This document shows positions 1-12,370 of a DNA stretch of 64,000 nucleotides, piece after piece. The position numbers were made by a program, and so were the translations under genes. This stretch comes from Paramoeba atlantica (lineage: Eukaryota > Protista > Discosea): assembly GCA_977017575.1 (NCBI GenBank), contig CDRNVI010000040.1, positions 806,001-870,000 of the forward strand, read 5' to 3'. Each line of letters opens with the position of its first letter. The stretch's first letter is position 1. The notes beneath the pieces were generated by a model. It ran no database searches. It was not told the DNA's origin and worked only from the letters and a program-made list of their open reading frames with translations.

Positions 1-510
1 TTTCCAAAATCGTTTCCTCTATTGTATTTTGATTAGTTTGGGGCCTACACTAGCTTTCTCGGCCGTTGTTTTCACAAGGTATCCTTTCTTCAAGCCGTGG
101 TGCTCCCTCAAAATGACCCATTTTGACTAAAAAAGGTGAAAAAGTATTTTTCGGACCTAGAGGGGCATTTTTGTGTCGAAAGAATGGTATGGTTGGAGTC
201 GCATTCTCTACCAAATACGTTCTGTAGGCTTTGATTCGTGGCTACGAGTGATTTCCCGCACGAAAATGTCGGATTTAGTGCTCTGAGAGCAAAATTACCC
301 AAAAATGACCCCATTTTTACCTGAAAATCGGCTATTTTGGGTATAATCTTTCCGTTTTCTTCAGCTTTCCAGGCCAAATTTTCTTTTTTAGGCTCTTCGT
401 TAAACGCGGAGGTCGTTTTCAACTCGACACGCGCAGCACAAGTTACTTGTGCATGAGTGACTTCTAAGTTGAAAACAACCACCGCATTTAACGAAGAGCC
501 TAAAAAAGAA
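1..510 (-). mobile_element. Repeat family A copy (partial, reverse) ending in the ~105-bp palindrome at ~388-505
   Basis: Matches the other family A copies; palindrome arms TTTTTAGGCTCTTCGTTAAACGCGG...CCGCATTTAACGAAGAGCCTAAAAA. Confidence 0.85.
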
Positions 511-777
511 TAAAATTGTAAACTTCGTCACCGGTAGTGTCATTTTCTCGACCGACACCGCTTAAAAATACACTAATTTTTACGAGCACTGTATATGGCA
601 TATCCTGTCACTGAACTTACGTAGGCATTGATTTTACAATTCTAAATCAATTGAAATACAAACGAGCACGACTTTTTTGACCCCTTTTTTTCTCTCTCTC
701 GTACTCTAAAACACGTTTTCACACCACAACCCTCAAATCTATTTTTTTCCTTCAAAAACCCTTCCCTACCCCTCCCA

Positions 778-1050
778 ATGTCTCTCCCACCCCCATCCCA
801 AAACCCCCCAACCCCCCCAATCCCCTCTCCCAAAACGAAAACCAAAACCCCACCCCCTCCCACGCTCTCCAACGACCCACCACCTTCTCCCCCCCCCTCC
901 CCCTCCCCTCCCCCCTCCCCCCCTCCCTCCTCGCCCTCTACCGCGCCCTCCTCGCGGCCTCCACCCCCTCCCCCCCCTCCCCCCCGCCCGGCCCTGGGCC
1001 GACTTCGCGGACCGTTCCGCGCTCACCCCCCCCGCCTCCCCCCCGACGGG
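778..1050 (+). pseudogene. Proline-rich ORF stub, possibly the 5' end of a gene cut by a family A insertion
   Basis: ATG follows a pyrimidine-rich leader like those of the minus-strand genes; the ORF runs into family A sequence at ~1050. Confidence 0.3.
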
Positions 1051-1051
1051 A

Positions 1052-1383
1052 ATTGTTTCGGAAATTGTTTTTTGAAAAAAAATTCAACTTGGCGAAAAAA
1101 ATGACAAAAAAAATATTTTTCCAAAATCGTTTCCCCTATTGTATTTTGATAGTTTGTGGGACCTACACGAGCTTTCTCCGCAGTTGTTTTCTCAAGGTAT
1201 CCCTTCTTCGAACCGTGGTGCGCCCTCAAAATGACCCATTTTTGACTAAAAAAGGTGAAAAAGTATTTTTCGAACCTAAAGAGGCATTTTTGTGTCGAAA
1301 GAATGGTATGGTTGGAGTCGCATTTTCTACCCAATACGTTCGGCAGGCTTTCATTCATGCCTACGAATGATTTCCCACGCGCA
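1052..1383 (-). mobile_element. Family A internal fragment
   Basis: Near-identical to 1745-2050. Confidence 0.8.
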
Positions 1384-1406
1384 ATTACAACCACCGCAAT
1401 AACCGG

Positions 1407-2273
1407 ATTGCGGTGGTTGTAAAACTACCGCTCTACACTCGATTATTGAAAAAAAAGTGAACAAAAACAGTGAAAATATAAAGGGGAACACAGTAATATA
1501 ATAGAAGAAAAAAATATAAAAGGGGGCTCCGGCGGTCCAAAACTGAAAAAAAAAATTGAAAAAAATGGGGGGTCCAGGGGGGGGCATGGTCGAGCAAATT
1601 TTTTCGAAAAAATTAGTTTTCGAAAAAGAACCGCAGAAAGGGTAACCGGGGTCTTGGCGCGCATTTTCCACCCCCCTACCCGGGGTGACCCCCCCGCGTA
1701 TCCGCAGGACGGATCCGCCAAGTTCGGATTTTTTCGGAAAAAAATTTTTGAAAAAAATTTCAACTTGGCGAAAAAAATGACAAAAAAAATATTTTTCCAA
1801 AATCGTTTCCCCTATTGTATTTTGATAGTTTGGGACCTACACTAGCTTTCTACGCAGTTGCTTTCGCAAGGTATCACTTCTAACCGTGGTGCGCCCCTCA
1901 AAATGACCCATTTTTGACTAAAAAAGGTGAAAAAGTATTTTTCGGACCTAAAGGGGCATTTTTGTGTCGAAAGAATGGTGTGGTTGGAGTCGCATTCTCT
2001 ACCCAATACGTTCGGTAGGCTTTCATTCATGCCTACGAGTGATTTCCCATGCGCAAATATCAGATTTAGCGCTCTGAGAGCAAAAATACGCGAAAATCAC
2101 CCCATTTTACCCGAAATTCGGCTATTTTTGGCTATAATCTTTCCGTTTTCCAGGCTAAATTTTCTTTTTTAGGCTCTTCGTTAAACGCGGCGGTAGTTTT
2201 CAACGCGAAGCGCGCAGCATGAGTGACTTCTAAGTTGAAAGCAACCACCGCGTTTAACGATGAGCCTAAAAAA
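1407..2273 (-). mobile_element. Family A full-length copy (~870 bp)
   Basis: ATTGCGGTGGTTGTAAAACTACCGC small end at 1407; large palindrome 2166-2273. Confidence 0.9.
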
Positions 2274-2303
2274 GAAATAATATTTTTTTGTCTTTCTTGC
2301 ACC

Positions 2304-3185
2304 ATGTGTCAAACATCTAGAAAACGTATTAATTCAGAAGATCGTAAACTTATTGAGGTTCTCCACAATCAAGAAAACTTTTCGCAAGCACAAATTGCCT
2401 CAAAACTGAAAGTAAATCAGTCGTCTCTTAGTCGAGAACTGGCACGTGGAGATCGGGATGGTGTGTACAACGCGAAGCGGGCTGAACGAACACTCAACCA
2501 AGCAATGAGTAAACGGAAGTCCCGTGCAAGCAAAATTGAAGGAGACATCAAAGAGAGTGCCATATCTCTGTTACGTCGGCGCTTTAGCCCTCAACAGATA
2601 TCTGTTACTTTGCGTAAAGAAGGTGTGAACATTTCCCGGAAGGCAATTTATGTTTTATTAGTCGGAATAAGAGTCAAAACTTGGAGAGTTGCCTCCGTCG
2701 GGGGCAACGTTTTGGGAATTCGTGGGCAACGCCGTCGTCGTGGAACTAATCGTACCAGCATCCCTAATAGTACAGATATTGATATGCGGCCCAGCATTGT
2801 TAACGATCGGGAACGATACGGTGATTGGGAGTGTGATCTAATAGAAGGTACACGCCACAGTGGATACTTTCTTACCCTGGTTGAGCGCAAAAGTCGTTTT
2901 GGGATCCTGAAAAAGATATCATGCAAGAAATCGACTCTTGTATCAGAGACTATCACCAGCGCCCTTCAAGGCTTTTTGTTACGGACACTCACATATGATA
3001 ATGGAACGGAATTCGCGAGGCACGAGAGTGTAAATCGTTCCATTAATTGCTCGTCGTACTTTTGTAAACCGTACGCGAGCTGGGAAAAGGGTGTTGTCGA
3101 AAATTTCAACGGCGTCGTCAGAGATTTCTACCCAAAGTCTCATCCTTTAAGTAATATATCCCAAGCAGACCTTGATTCCGTATCC
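2304..3185 (+). mobile_element. IS30-family DDE transposase, copy 1 (3' truncated)
   Basis: HTH (SQAQIASKLKVNQSSLSRELARG), GDWECDLIEG, LVERKSRF, TYDNGTEF, PYASWEKGVVENFNG; DD33E spacing counted; C-terminus replaced by an (ATC)n tract. Confidence 0.9.
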
Positions 3186-3238
3186 ATCATCATCATCATC
3201 ATCATTCATTCCGGATTGCTCCGGATCGCTCGCGCGAC

Positions 3239-3560
3239 CCCCGCTAAATAGGGGGGAAGGTGGTAGTTGTGGGGTATGGAGGCCTCTCGCAACTCCGGGG
3301 CCTCACCGGGAACAAAGGTGAAATTATTAGCCGGACGGGTAAAAAGGTCTTGGCTCTATTACGGTTTGGTATGGTGGAATTGTTGGGCTTCGCAAATTAC
3401 TTCCCACTAACGTCAGACGTTTTTATCTTTCAGACGGGGAAACAAGGTCTTGGCTTATTACGGGTTGGGTATGGTGGGATTGTTGGGCTTCGCAAATAGC
3501 TTCCCACTAACGTCAGACGTGGTTATCTTGCAGAAGGGTAAACAAGGTCTTGGCTTCCGC
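3239..3560. repeat. Repeat family D with ~98-bp tandem units (core TTCGCAAATTACTTCCCACTAACGTC)
   Basis: Units at 3310-3540; related inverted sequence at 4520-4660 and 34435-34560; shared end CCCCGCTAAATAGGGGGG at 3239 and 4426. Confidence 0.6.
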
Positions 3561-3639
3561 CTTTTTTTCTAGAATTTTTTTTCAAGGGCCTTTCTCCAAT
3601 TTTTTTGAAGGGCTCAATTTTTTTTCGAAGGGCTTGCTC

Positions 3640-4185
3640 AAAATATGCATTATCAGTGGGCGAGTTTTATGCATTATCAGTGGGCGAGTTTTTATGCATT
3701 ATCAGTGGGACTATATGCATTATGAGTGTGCTAATATGCATTATCAGTGTGCGAGTTTTATGCACTATCAGTGTGCGAGTGGCGAGGGGTCCGACAAGGT
3801 CAAAATTTCCCAAATTTTTGGGGTGACCTAAATTATTTTTTTTTAGACCTAAGGAAAAGTAAAAATCTTATTTTTCCAAAATCGACTCCTAAAACGTGTT
3901 TTAGGAGTTTGGGACCTCAGCTACGATTCTGAGATGTTTCTTTCGACAGATTCGACTCCTGCCCCTACTGGGGAGGCATCCAAAACGGCCCAAATTCGGT
4001 GCAAAATTTAGCAATTTTTGCCGAAAAATCGAACTTTTACCCCCAAAAAATAGATTATTCATGATCTTTTTGCGATTTTTATTTTTTAGGCTCTTCGTTA
4101 AACGCGGCGGTAGTTTTCAACGCGAAGCGCGCAGCATAAGTGACTTCTAAGTTGAAAACAACCACCGCGTTTAACGAAGAGCTTA
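3640..4185. mobile_element. Family B element: 24-bp tandem array, body, then the family A-type palindrome
   Basis: ATGCATTATCAGTG(G/T)GCGAGTTTT about 6 times; 3943-4085 matches 10727-10870; palindrome 4085-4185. Confidence 0.65.
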
Positions 4186-4205
4186 AAATTAAGCAATATA
4201 AAGGT

Positions 4206-4420
4206 GATTGCGGTGGTTGCAAAACTACCGCTCTACCCTCGATTGCGGTGGTTGTAAAACTACCGCTCTACACTCGATTATTGAAAAAAAAGTGAACAAA
4301 AACTGTGAAAATATAAAGGGGAACACAGTAATATAATAGAAGAAAAAAATATAAAAGGGGGCTCCGGTGGTCTAAAACTGAAAAAATTTAAAAAAATGGG
4401 GGGTCCATGGGGGGGGGTGT
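4206..4420 (-). mobile_element. Family A small-end fragment with duplicated terminus
   Basis: Two tandem ATTGCGGTGGTTG(C/T)AAAACTACCGCTCTAC units. Confidence 0.8.
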
Positions 4421-4965
4421 TTCTTCCCCGCTAAATAGGGGGGGAAGGTGGTAGTTGTTTTGGGGTAAATGAGGGGCCGAACGCACGGAGGGGCCGGCCG
4501 GGCCAATGAACCTAGATCTTGTTTACCCATTTGCGAAGCCCAACAATTCTACCATACCCCACCCTTAATAAAGCCAAGTTCCTTAATAAACAAGACCTTG
4601 TTTATCCGTGTGCAAGACAAAAACGTCTGACGTTAGTGGGAAGTAATTTGCGAAGCCCAACCGTCCTCAAGGTAAAATAGAAATGGAAAGCCCATTCCAG
4701 GAATCGGAAATATGCAGTTGAAGGAAAGTTGGTAAAACTCAAAATTGGAAGAATTTATTATGTAGCCCCTTCCGCTTTCAAGAGAGTCACATCTTATGCA
4801 GAAGAGAAGAACCCGCCCAGCTTGGAGTTGAGTAGATGTCCAAACATGTTTAAAAATTGTATGGAAGAGTGAAGTACGCACGTAAAGAGTGAAATACGCA
4901 CATGGAAGAGTGAAATACGCACATAAAAAGCGCTAGAGAAAGGGACTGATGGGTCCTTCGGAGAT

Positions 4966-5945
4966 TCAAGAGGACTCCTGGGAACTGTCGACCAAAAATT
5001 GTGGGCGAGTTTTCCGAAGAATTTCTACGAACTCAGATGGCGATTGTTCTTGGAGCACTTCTTTTGGTCGAGCATTTATATCCCGCGAAACGGAGTCAAG
5101 ATCCTTCTGCGAGATGTCACTAAACAAACGTCGTTTCGGGTAGAAATCTCGTACTGCGCCGTTGAAATTTTCAACACCCCCCGTCTCCCAACTTGCATAC
5201 GGTTTACAAAAATACGAAGAGCAATTAAGCGACTGATTTACTTTCTCGTGTTTTGAAAACTCGGTTCCGTTATCATATGTTTTGGAGTGAACCAAGAAAC
5301 CTTGAAGAGCACTGGTTATGCTTTCAGCGACCAGTACCGATTTCTTGCACGTGAGCTTCTTTAGTATCCGAACCGACTCTTTCGCTCAACCAAGGTGAGG
5401 AAGAATCCGCTGTGTCTTGTGCCTTCTATAAGGTCACATTCCCAATCGCCGTATCGCTCCCGATTGTTAACAATATTCGGTCGCTCCTCAATGTCGGTGC
5501 GATTCGGAATACCGGTACGGTTGGTTCCCCGACGGCGACGTTGACCACGTCTTCCTCCACGGCGCAGACAACTCTCCAAGTTCCCATGTTGACCATCATC
5601 CCGCTTGATAAACCCGTATATTGACGTTCGGGATACTTAAATATCATATTCTTTGCGCAAGACTACTGTAATTTGCTGGGGGCTAAAGCGCCTGCGTAGG
5701 AGAGACACGACTTTGTCTCTAATCTCTCCTTGAATCATGCATGGGCGCGGCTGGCGTTTCAGCATGGACTGCTTCGCTGCTCGTTCAGCGCGCCTGGCAC
5801 TGTACGTATCATTTCGAAGTCCGCGTGCGAGTTCCCGGCTCAGAGAGGATTGATTCATATTCAATTTCGCGGCAATTTGGACTTGGGTGAAATTCTGTTG
5901 ATTGTAAAGCACCTCAATCTTATCTTATCTTCTTATATGACCGAT
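4966..5945 (-). pseudogene. IS30-family transposase, copy 2 (frameshifted)
   Basis: ORFs 5637-5912, 5361-5579 and 4966-5295 give HTH, GDWECDLIEG, TYDNGTEF, PYASWETGGVENFNG and INARPKEVL. Confidence 0.9.
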
Positions 5946-6109
5946 AAATCGGTTAAAACACTGAATATATTCATACTCTCATAAAAACACTCAAATTAAA
6001 AGAGAAGACGCATTTGACCTTACTTATCAGTTATCGCTCTACTATTCTACACCATCTTTTGCGTCCTCAGAGCATTCCTGCTCAGGTGACGGGCATATTT
6101 TCCTTCGAT

Positions 6110-7810
6110 CTACTTTGCGAGACGAACTTCGTCGCTAGTTTCTATTTTCTTCCGTCTGCTACTCCGCGATACTTCCTCAGTGCGCTCGGGTTTCGTAGGT
6201 CTGGCGTTGTTAGCTTTCGCTTGTTTGTTTAAAAGTGCGGGCGCGGCCGATACGGAAGGCACCTTCCTCGTGAATGGTTGCTTTCGCTTTTTCGCTGCTT
6301 GGTCTATATGTCTCCGAGATCCTTGTTTTGCCAATTGATCCGCTGTCTCATTCCAGTGGTTGCCAGTGCGGGCCCTAACTTTATATAAATAAATGGTAGA
6401 TCCAGTTGCCTCGCGCGAGCGAATGGTGTAATCCAGGGTCTGAAGCAAATCTCCGTTCGGAACGTCGGTATAGCAAATGATCCGCCGTTTATGTCGAACC
6501 ACATGGAAAAAATGCCATACGTAGGCGGAGTCGGTGTGAAAGACAAAAGTGTTCGCTTCAGCAGGCAAATAAGAAAAGGCAGCAATTATTGTCTGAATTT
6601 CAGCCCTATCCGGAGTTTGGGGTTTGCAGCGCACCAACTGACGCCCAATGGCGACTTTTGGCCCAACAGTAACAATTCCAGCTCCACCTGTTCTCTGCGA
6701 AGAAACGTGCTCGTGGTAAATCGAACCGTCCGTGTACACATGAGCCTCGTTGGAAATACTTGGAAAAGGAGTTGAATTTTCTTCAACGAGTTGAAAGTCG
6801 TAACACGAAATACACCTTATTGCACGATTGAGCATAGTTTTCCAGCGCGGGGATGTTACTTCAACAAGTGAGGGGGTGGGTTCTAGTTGATTCTTTAAAC
6901 CTTCAACGAGGTTCTGCCAGTAAACTCGATCGTGCGAAAATACAAGGGCCTCTTCAAGCGTGATTCCCAAGTCACAAATACATTCTTCGGCCGGTGAAAG
7001 CTTACGCGACTTTTCTCTTCCATTCCAGAGGAGAAGCTCCTTGTAAGAGGTGCTGTGGCGAAGTAAATGACCAACTAATTTTGCCCGACTTCTTTTGTGG
7101 ATCGTAGAAAACTTCGGGGTGTCCACATACAACGCGCAATTGGGATAGCACTTGCCGAATTCATCCAACCGACCGGTATTGCATGCCGTTCTCCGCATGA
7201 CGTTTACCTGTACGTAAATGCACCGTAGCGTCTTTAGAGGAACCGAGAGAGCCCCCGAGCCAAAGTTTAGAACCGGGTACACGAGAGCATCAAACAATCT
7301 AAGCTTTGTAGAAGGTTTAAGTGGGGCCACCCAAATGCCCCGAAGCTTTGTAAAAGCTGCCCATGCCAACCTCAGCCTATCTTTAATGGTTCCCTGTCCT
7401 CCTTGGACGTTGCTAAAATGTCTATACTTGGGTACCTTTGGAAGTGCGCCACAATAATTTGAGCTAAGACTAAGATCTGCGCCTGAAGGTTTCCCAAACG
7501 TCATCCACGCGGTCTTAGATTCTCCTACGGCAAGGCGCAAGTTTGCAGGTGCTGCTTCCCGTGCTGTTGATTACACCATACCCAACAAACCCTCCGCAGA
7601 TGAGGACACAAGAGCCACATCGTCTGCGTAGTCAACGTCTGACATCCGGAATTCCTTAATACCACGACTCCTAGTCCCCTCGCTTCTCATGAGAATAACA
7701 CTTGCATTGCGATCTAAAGCCTGATAGAGAATGCGGTCTAAAACAAGGACAAAAAGATAAGGCGCAAGGACGTCGCCCTGTAGAATTCCCGTTCGAATAG
7801 GAAAGGGCTT
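6110..7810 (-). mobile_element. Non-LTR retrotransposon remnant: RT (5' truncated), thumb and RNase H; in-frame TAA at 7571
   Basis: TGILQGDVLAPYLF, DYADD, AWAAFTKLRGIW; RNase H motifs YTDGS, RAEI, HTDSAY, NETADQLAK. Confidence 0.9.
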
Positions 7811-7812
7811 AT

Positions 7813-7925
7813 ATGACAGACAAGGGTGCGGCTTATATGACAGATAAGGGTGCATTATGACAGATAAGGGTGCGAGTTTCTATGACAGATAAGGGTGCCG
7901 CGTTTATGACAGATAAGGGTGCGAG
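7813..7925. repeat. Tandem array, core ATGACAGATAAGGGTGC x5
   Basis: Directly visible; abuts the truncated RT. Confidence 0.85.
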
Positions 7926-8036
7926 TGGGCTTCCCTACGCTCGATTTCGAAAAGCAAAAAATTCGAAAACAATTTCGCGACGTATGCCCCCATGGACCGC
8001 CCATTTTTTTGAATTCTTTTTTTCAGTTTTGGACTT

Positions 8037-8770
8037 TTCTAGGCTCTTCGTTAAACGAGGTGGTTGTTTTCAACATAGAAGTCACTCATGCTGCGCGCTT
8101 CCCGTTGAAAACTACCGCCGCGTTTAACGAAGAGCCTAAAAAAGAAAATTCGGCCTGGACAGCTAAAGTAAAACAAAGATTATAGCCAAAAATATCCAAT
8201 TTTCGGGTAAAAATGGGGTGATTTTCGCGTATTTTTGCTCTCAGAGCGCTAAATCTGATATTTGCGTGTGAGAAATCACTCGTAGGCGTGAATGAAAGCC
8301 TACTGAACGTATTGGGTAGAGAATGCGACTCCAACCACACCATTCTTTTGACATAAAAAGACCCCTTTAGGTCCAAAAATTACTTTTCCGCACTTTTTGG
8401 TCAAAAATAGGCCATTTTGGGAGGCGTGCCACGGCTAGAAGATGGGGTATCTGGCGAAAACAACGGTGTAAATGACTAGTATAGGTCCCAAAAATACAAT
8501 AGCGAAAAAAATGTTGAAAAAACTATGTTTTTTACCATTTTTTCCGCCAAGTTGAATTTTTTTTTTAAATTTTTTTTCCGAAAAAATCCGAACTTGGCGG
8601 ACCCGTCCTGCGGATACGCGAGCGGGTCACCCCGGGGTAGGGGGGTGGAAAATGCGCGCCAAGACCCCGGCTACCCTTTCTGCGGTTTGTTTTCGAAAAC
8701 TAATTTTTTCGAAAAAATTTGCTCGACCATGACCCCCTCCCCCTGGACCCCCCCATGGACCTCCCATTTT
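8037..8770 (+). mobile_element. Family A copy (diverged, small end missing)
   Basis: Palindrome 8037-8145 followed by the family A body. Confidence 0.8.
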
Positions 8771-9384
8771 ATTTTGCATAATTTCAAAAATTGCTATGAT
8801 CACCCTGGTGGGGACGTGGGGGGGCAGGGGGTACCCATCGGAATTGTTGAAAAACTAGTAATCTTGTCACTCAATTCGATTCATACGTCTTTGTAAATAA
8901 TTTTTTCGAAAACTCACCTGAAACGATATCGGGCACGAAATCGGGCCAATCCAATCCATCCAATCCAAAAAGGCCGATATAAATCGGCTAGAAACACTAC
9001 TGTTTTGTATTTCGTGAGGACATCTTTCTCTTGGGTGAATCCTCCATCTGAATACCCACCGTTTCATGTAGTACAGTTTTCCAACACCATGCCCCCCCAG
9101 TAATAAGTCCTCATTCTCTTTGGATGATTTCACTCCGGAATCTCTAGGAAGTAATACACCTTTTTTGTGGATAGGCTCCCCCCCAGTATTTGATATCTTG
9201 CGTTTGTTAGCAATATTCTTCCCGTTACTCTTGGGATTATAAATTTCTCGCATTTGTGAAGGGTTTACGAGCTCCGTGGTATGGCCATTCAATGTCTTCA
9301 CAAATCGGGCCACAAATCGGGCACGAAATCGGGCCACAAATCGGGCGCGACGAATTAACCTACGGTAGCGAGGGAGTAGTATCT

Positions 9385-10252
9385 TTTTTAGGCTCTTCGT
9401 TAAACGCGGTGGTTGTTGTCAACTTAGAAGTCACTCATGCTGCGCGCTTCGCGTTGAAAACTACCGCCGCGTTTAACGAAGAGCCTAAAAAAGAAAATTT
9501 AGCCTGGAAAACGGAAAGATTATAGCCAAAAATATCCAATTTTCGGGTAAAAATGGGGTGATTTTTGGGTATTTTTGCTCTCAGAGCACTAAATCCGACA
9601 TTTGCGCATGGGAAATCACTCGTAGGCATGAATGAAAGCCTACCGAACGTATTGGGTAGAGAATGCGACTCCAACCACACCATTCCTTCGACACAAAAAT
9701 GCCCTTTTAGGTCCGAAAATTACTTTTTCACCTTTTTTAGTCAAAAATGGGTCATTTTGAGGGGCGCACCACGGTTAGAAGTGATACCTTGCGAAAGCAA
9801 CTGCGGAGAAAGCTAGTGTAGGTCCCAAATTATCAAAATACAATAGGGGAAACGATTTTGGAAAAATATTTTTTTTGCCATTTTTTTCGCCAAGTTGAAA
9901 TTTTTTTCAAATTTTTTTTTCCGAAAAAATCCGAACTTGGCGGATCCGTCCTGCGGATACGCGGGGGGGGTCACCCCCGGGTAGGGGAGTGGAAAATGCG
10001 CGCCAAGACCCCGGCTACCCTTTCTGCGGTTTGTTTTCGAAAACTAATTTTTTCGAAAAAATTTGCTCGACCATGACCCCCCTGGACCCCCCATTTTTTT
10101 CAATTTTTTTTTTCAGTTTTGGACCGCCGGAGCCCCCTTTTATATTTTTTTCTTCTATTATATTACTGTGTTCCCCTTTATATTTTCACTGTTTTTGTTC
10201 ACTTTTTTTTAAATAATCGAGGGTAGAGCGGTAGTTTTACAACCACCGCAAT
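9385..10252 (+). mobile_element. Family A full-length copy
   Basis: Palindrome 9385-9490; ends GAGCGGTAGTTTTACAACCACCGCAAT. Confidence 0.9.
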
Positions 10253-10554
10253 TAGTTTTCCGTACTTCGAACGAAGCGCTCAATAGGTTTTACTGTGTAA
10301 TCCAATTTGTTTGACCAAAATCTCTTTTCAAAGAAGCGCTTGATAATTCCTGAGAATTTTTTCTATTGTTCAAGGTCTCTCTGAAAATCGAAACTGTCGG
10401 TGCTCTCTCGATGTTTTTCACCGAGAAACATTCTTTGTCTTCTTCAACCGAGAAGGCATATCATGCACTAGATTTCTTTTGAATCAAATGCAATCTGCAA
10501 CGTACAATGTGTGACTCGGTAAGGTCATTCATTCCATTAAACACCTTGAGAAAC

Positions 10555-10975
10555 CCAATTGTGATAATAATGTGAAATGTGATAATAATCCGCAATTGTG
10601 ATAATAACGTGCCAATTGTGATAATAATCCGCAATTGTGATAATAATCCGAAATGTGATAATAATCCGAAATGTGATAATAATCCGAAATTTGATATTAA
10701 TCCGTCCCCCGGTTTACGACGTTTTTGTCGACAGATTCGACTCCTGCCACTACTGGTAAGGCATCCAAAAGAGCCCAAATTCGGTGTAAAATTTCGCATT
10801 TTTTGCGAAAAAATCGAGCCTTTTCACCCAAAAAAATAGATTATTCATGATCTTTTGGCGATTTTTCCTTTTTAGTCTCTTCGTTAAACACGGTGGTAGT
10901 TTTCAACGCGAAGAGCGCAGCATGAGTGACTTCTAAGTTGAAAAAACCACCGCGTTTAACGAAGAGCCTAAAAAG
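10555..10975. mobile_element. Family B element with an ~18-bp array (TGTGATAATAATCCG) and terminal palindrome
   Basis: Array 10555-10700; shared body with 3943-4085; palindrome 10870-10975. Confidence 0.65.
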
Positions 10976-11082
10976 GAATTGTGTATACACTAGCAATCAG
11001 CTATAAGCCCCCCCCCTCGAAAATTAAAAAACTGGTCTGTTTTTTATCATCTTTTTTTTGAACGTGTAGAGAATTTTACATA

Positions 11083-12370
11083 CAGTAACTCAAAAATGTG
11101 TTCAAATGTTTCGACATTTTTTAATGTTTTTATTTTTTGCCAAAGAGAATCAGAGGATAATGCTGCAGTATATGGTAGTAGTGTAGGCTGGGGTAGTGCT
11201 TATATCCCCACGTACTTTGAGTCCATCAACGATCTTACTACGAAAAACTATGAAAGATATAATGTCAGTCCAACATATGAACACTTTTTTGACTTTTTTT
11301 CGGACACGCTTTTTTATAGGAAAACGTTCTACTGCTTCACCCTTAATGGACCAAAATGGTTTAGACTTAATACTTAGTAAGTCCCCCCTTCGCCCTGATG
11401 ACTGCCCTCAAACGACGGGGCATGCTTTGAACAAGAGGGAGGCATGCACTTGGAGGAACTTTCTCCCATGCTTTTTGGGCCCGTTTCCATAACTCGATCA
11501 TTCCTGCGGGTGGGTCGGGGTAATCTGCCGTTGCCTTTTTCAGTTCAACCCATAGGTTTTCTATGGGGTTTAAGTCGGGAGACTGAGGGGGCCAGTCAAG
11601 CACACACAGCTCCTGCGAATTTAAAAAATCGCGAGCCTTCTTACTCGTGTGCTTCGGATCGTTATCCTGTTGGAAGACGATCCGATCCTTCGTGACACTC
11701 AGCTTTTGTAGGGAAGGGGGCAAATTTTGTTGCAGTATTTTAACGTACTGCTCGGCGTTCATATTCCCATGAACCAGCTCAATGGTTCCCACACCGTGCT
11801 CCATCATGCAACCCCATATCATGATGGAGCCGCCACCATACTTGAGCGTACCTTGTGTGTTTCGCTCAGACAGCTCCTCCCCAAAGTCTACCCAAACCCA
11901 CCGGCTACCATTCGACTCGAAACGGCAGATCTTCGTTTCATTCGTGAAAAGTACACGGCCCCAGTCGGCGTGCGTCCAATGCTCGTACTTTCTTGCAAAA
12001 GCAAGACGTAGAGCCTTGTGACGTTTCGTAAGGTAGGGCTTCTTGACCCTCTTCTTTCCCTTCATACCACGCTTACGAAGGGAAACCCGAATGGTTTCCG
12101 GGCAAACATCCGCAATACCTTCGTCTCTCAACCTTTTGCTGGCGGCAACTGCGTCTTTTGTGGCGCCGCTAGTGATGAGACGGCGGACGCGCCTACGGCA
12201 AGTATCACTCAGCTTACGTGGGCGACCGGTTGGTTGTCTAGATATTTATTTTTAATACGGCTGACATTTCCTACGCTTAAGTTTAAATCGGCGGCCACTC
12301 TACGAAGTGAAGATCCGTTTTCAAGTTTTTCAATAGCAATCTTTCGTAAATAACTCGGTGTACTGTGCAT
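11083..12370 (-). mobile_element. Tc1-type (DD34E-class) transposase pseudogene
   Basis: VLFTNETK (first D mutated to N), WGCM, FQQDNDPKH, WPPQSPDLNPIENLW; N-terminal HTH (MHSTPSYLRKIAIEKL) frameshifted; TA|CAGT candidate terminus at 11081. Confidence 0.9.

Noticed and set aside
2304-5945. Bacterial contaminant contig
   Set aside because: IS30 copies are interrupted by and interleaved with repeats that also flank eIF4A, GRWD1 and the LRR genes; no bacterial operons or rRNA
8867-9350. 156-aa ORF between AAATCGGGC(C/A)C arrays
   Set aside because: Both ORF ends come from the arrays and no motif is recognisable
3640-10700. Short arrays as possible CRISPR arrays
   Set aside because: No unique spacers, units are 17-24 bp and adjacent, and there are no cas genes
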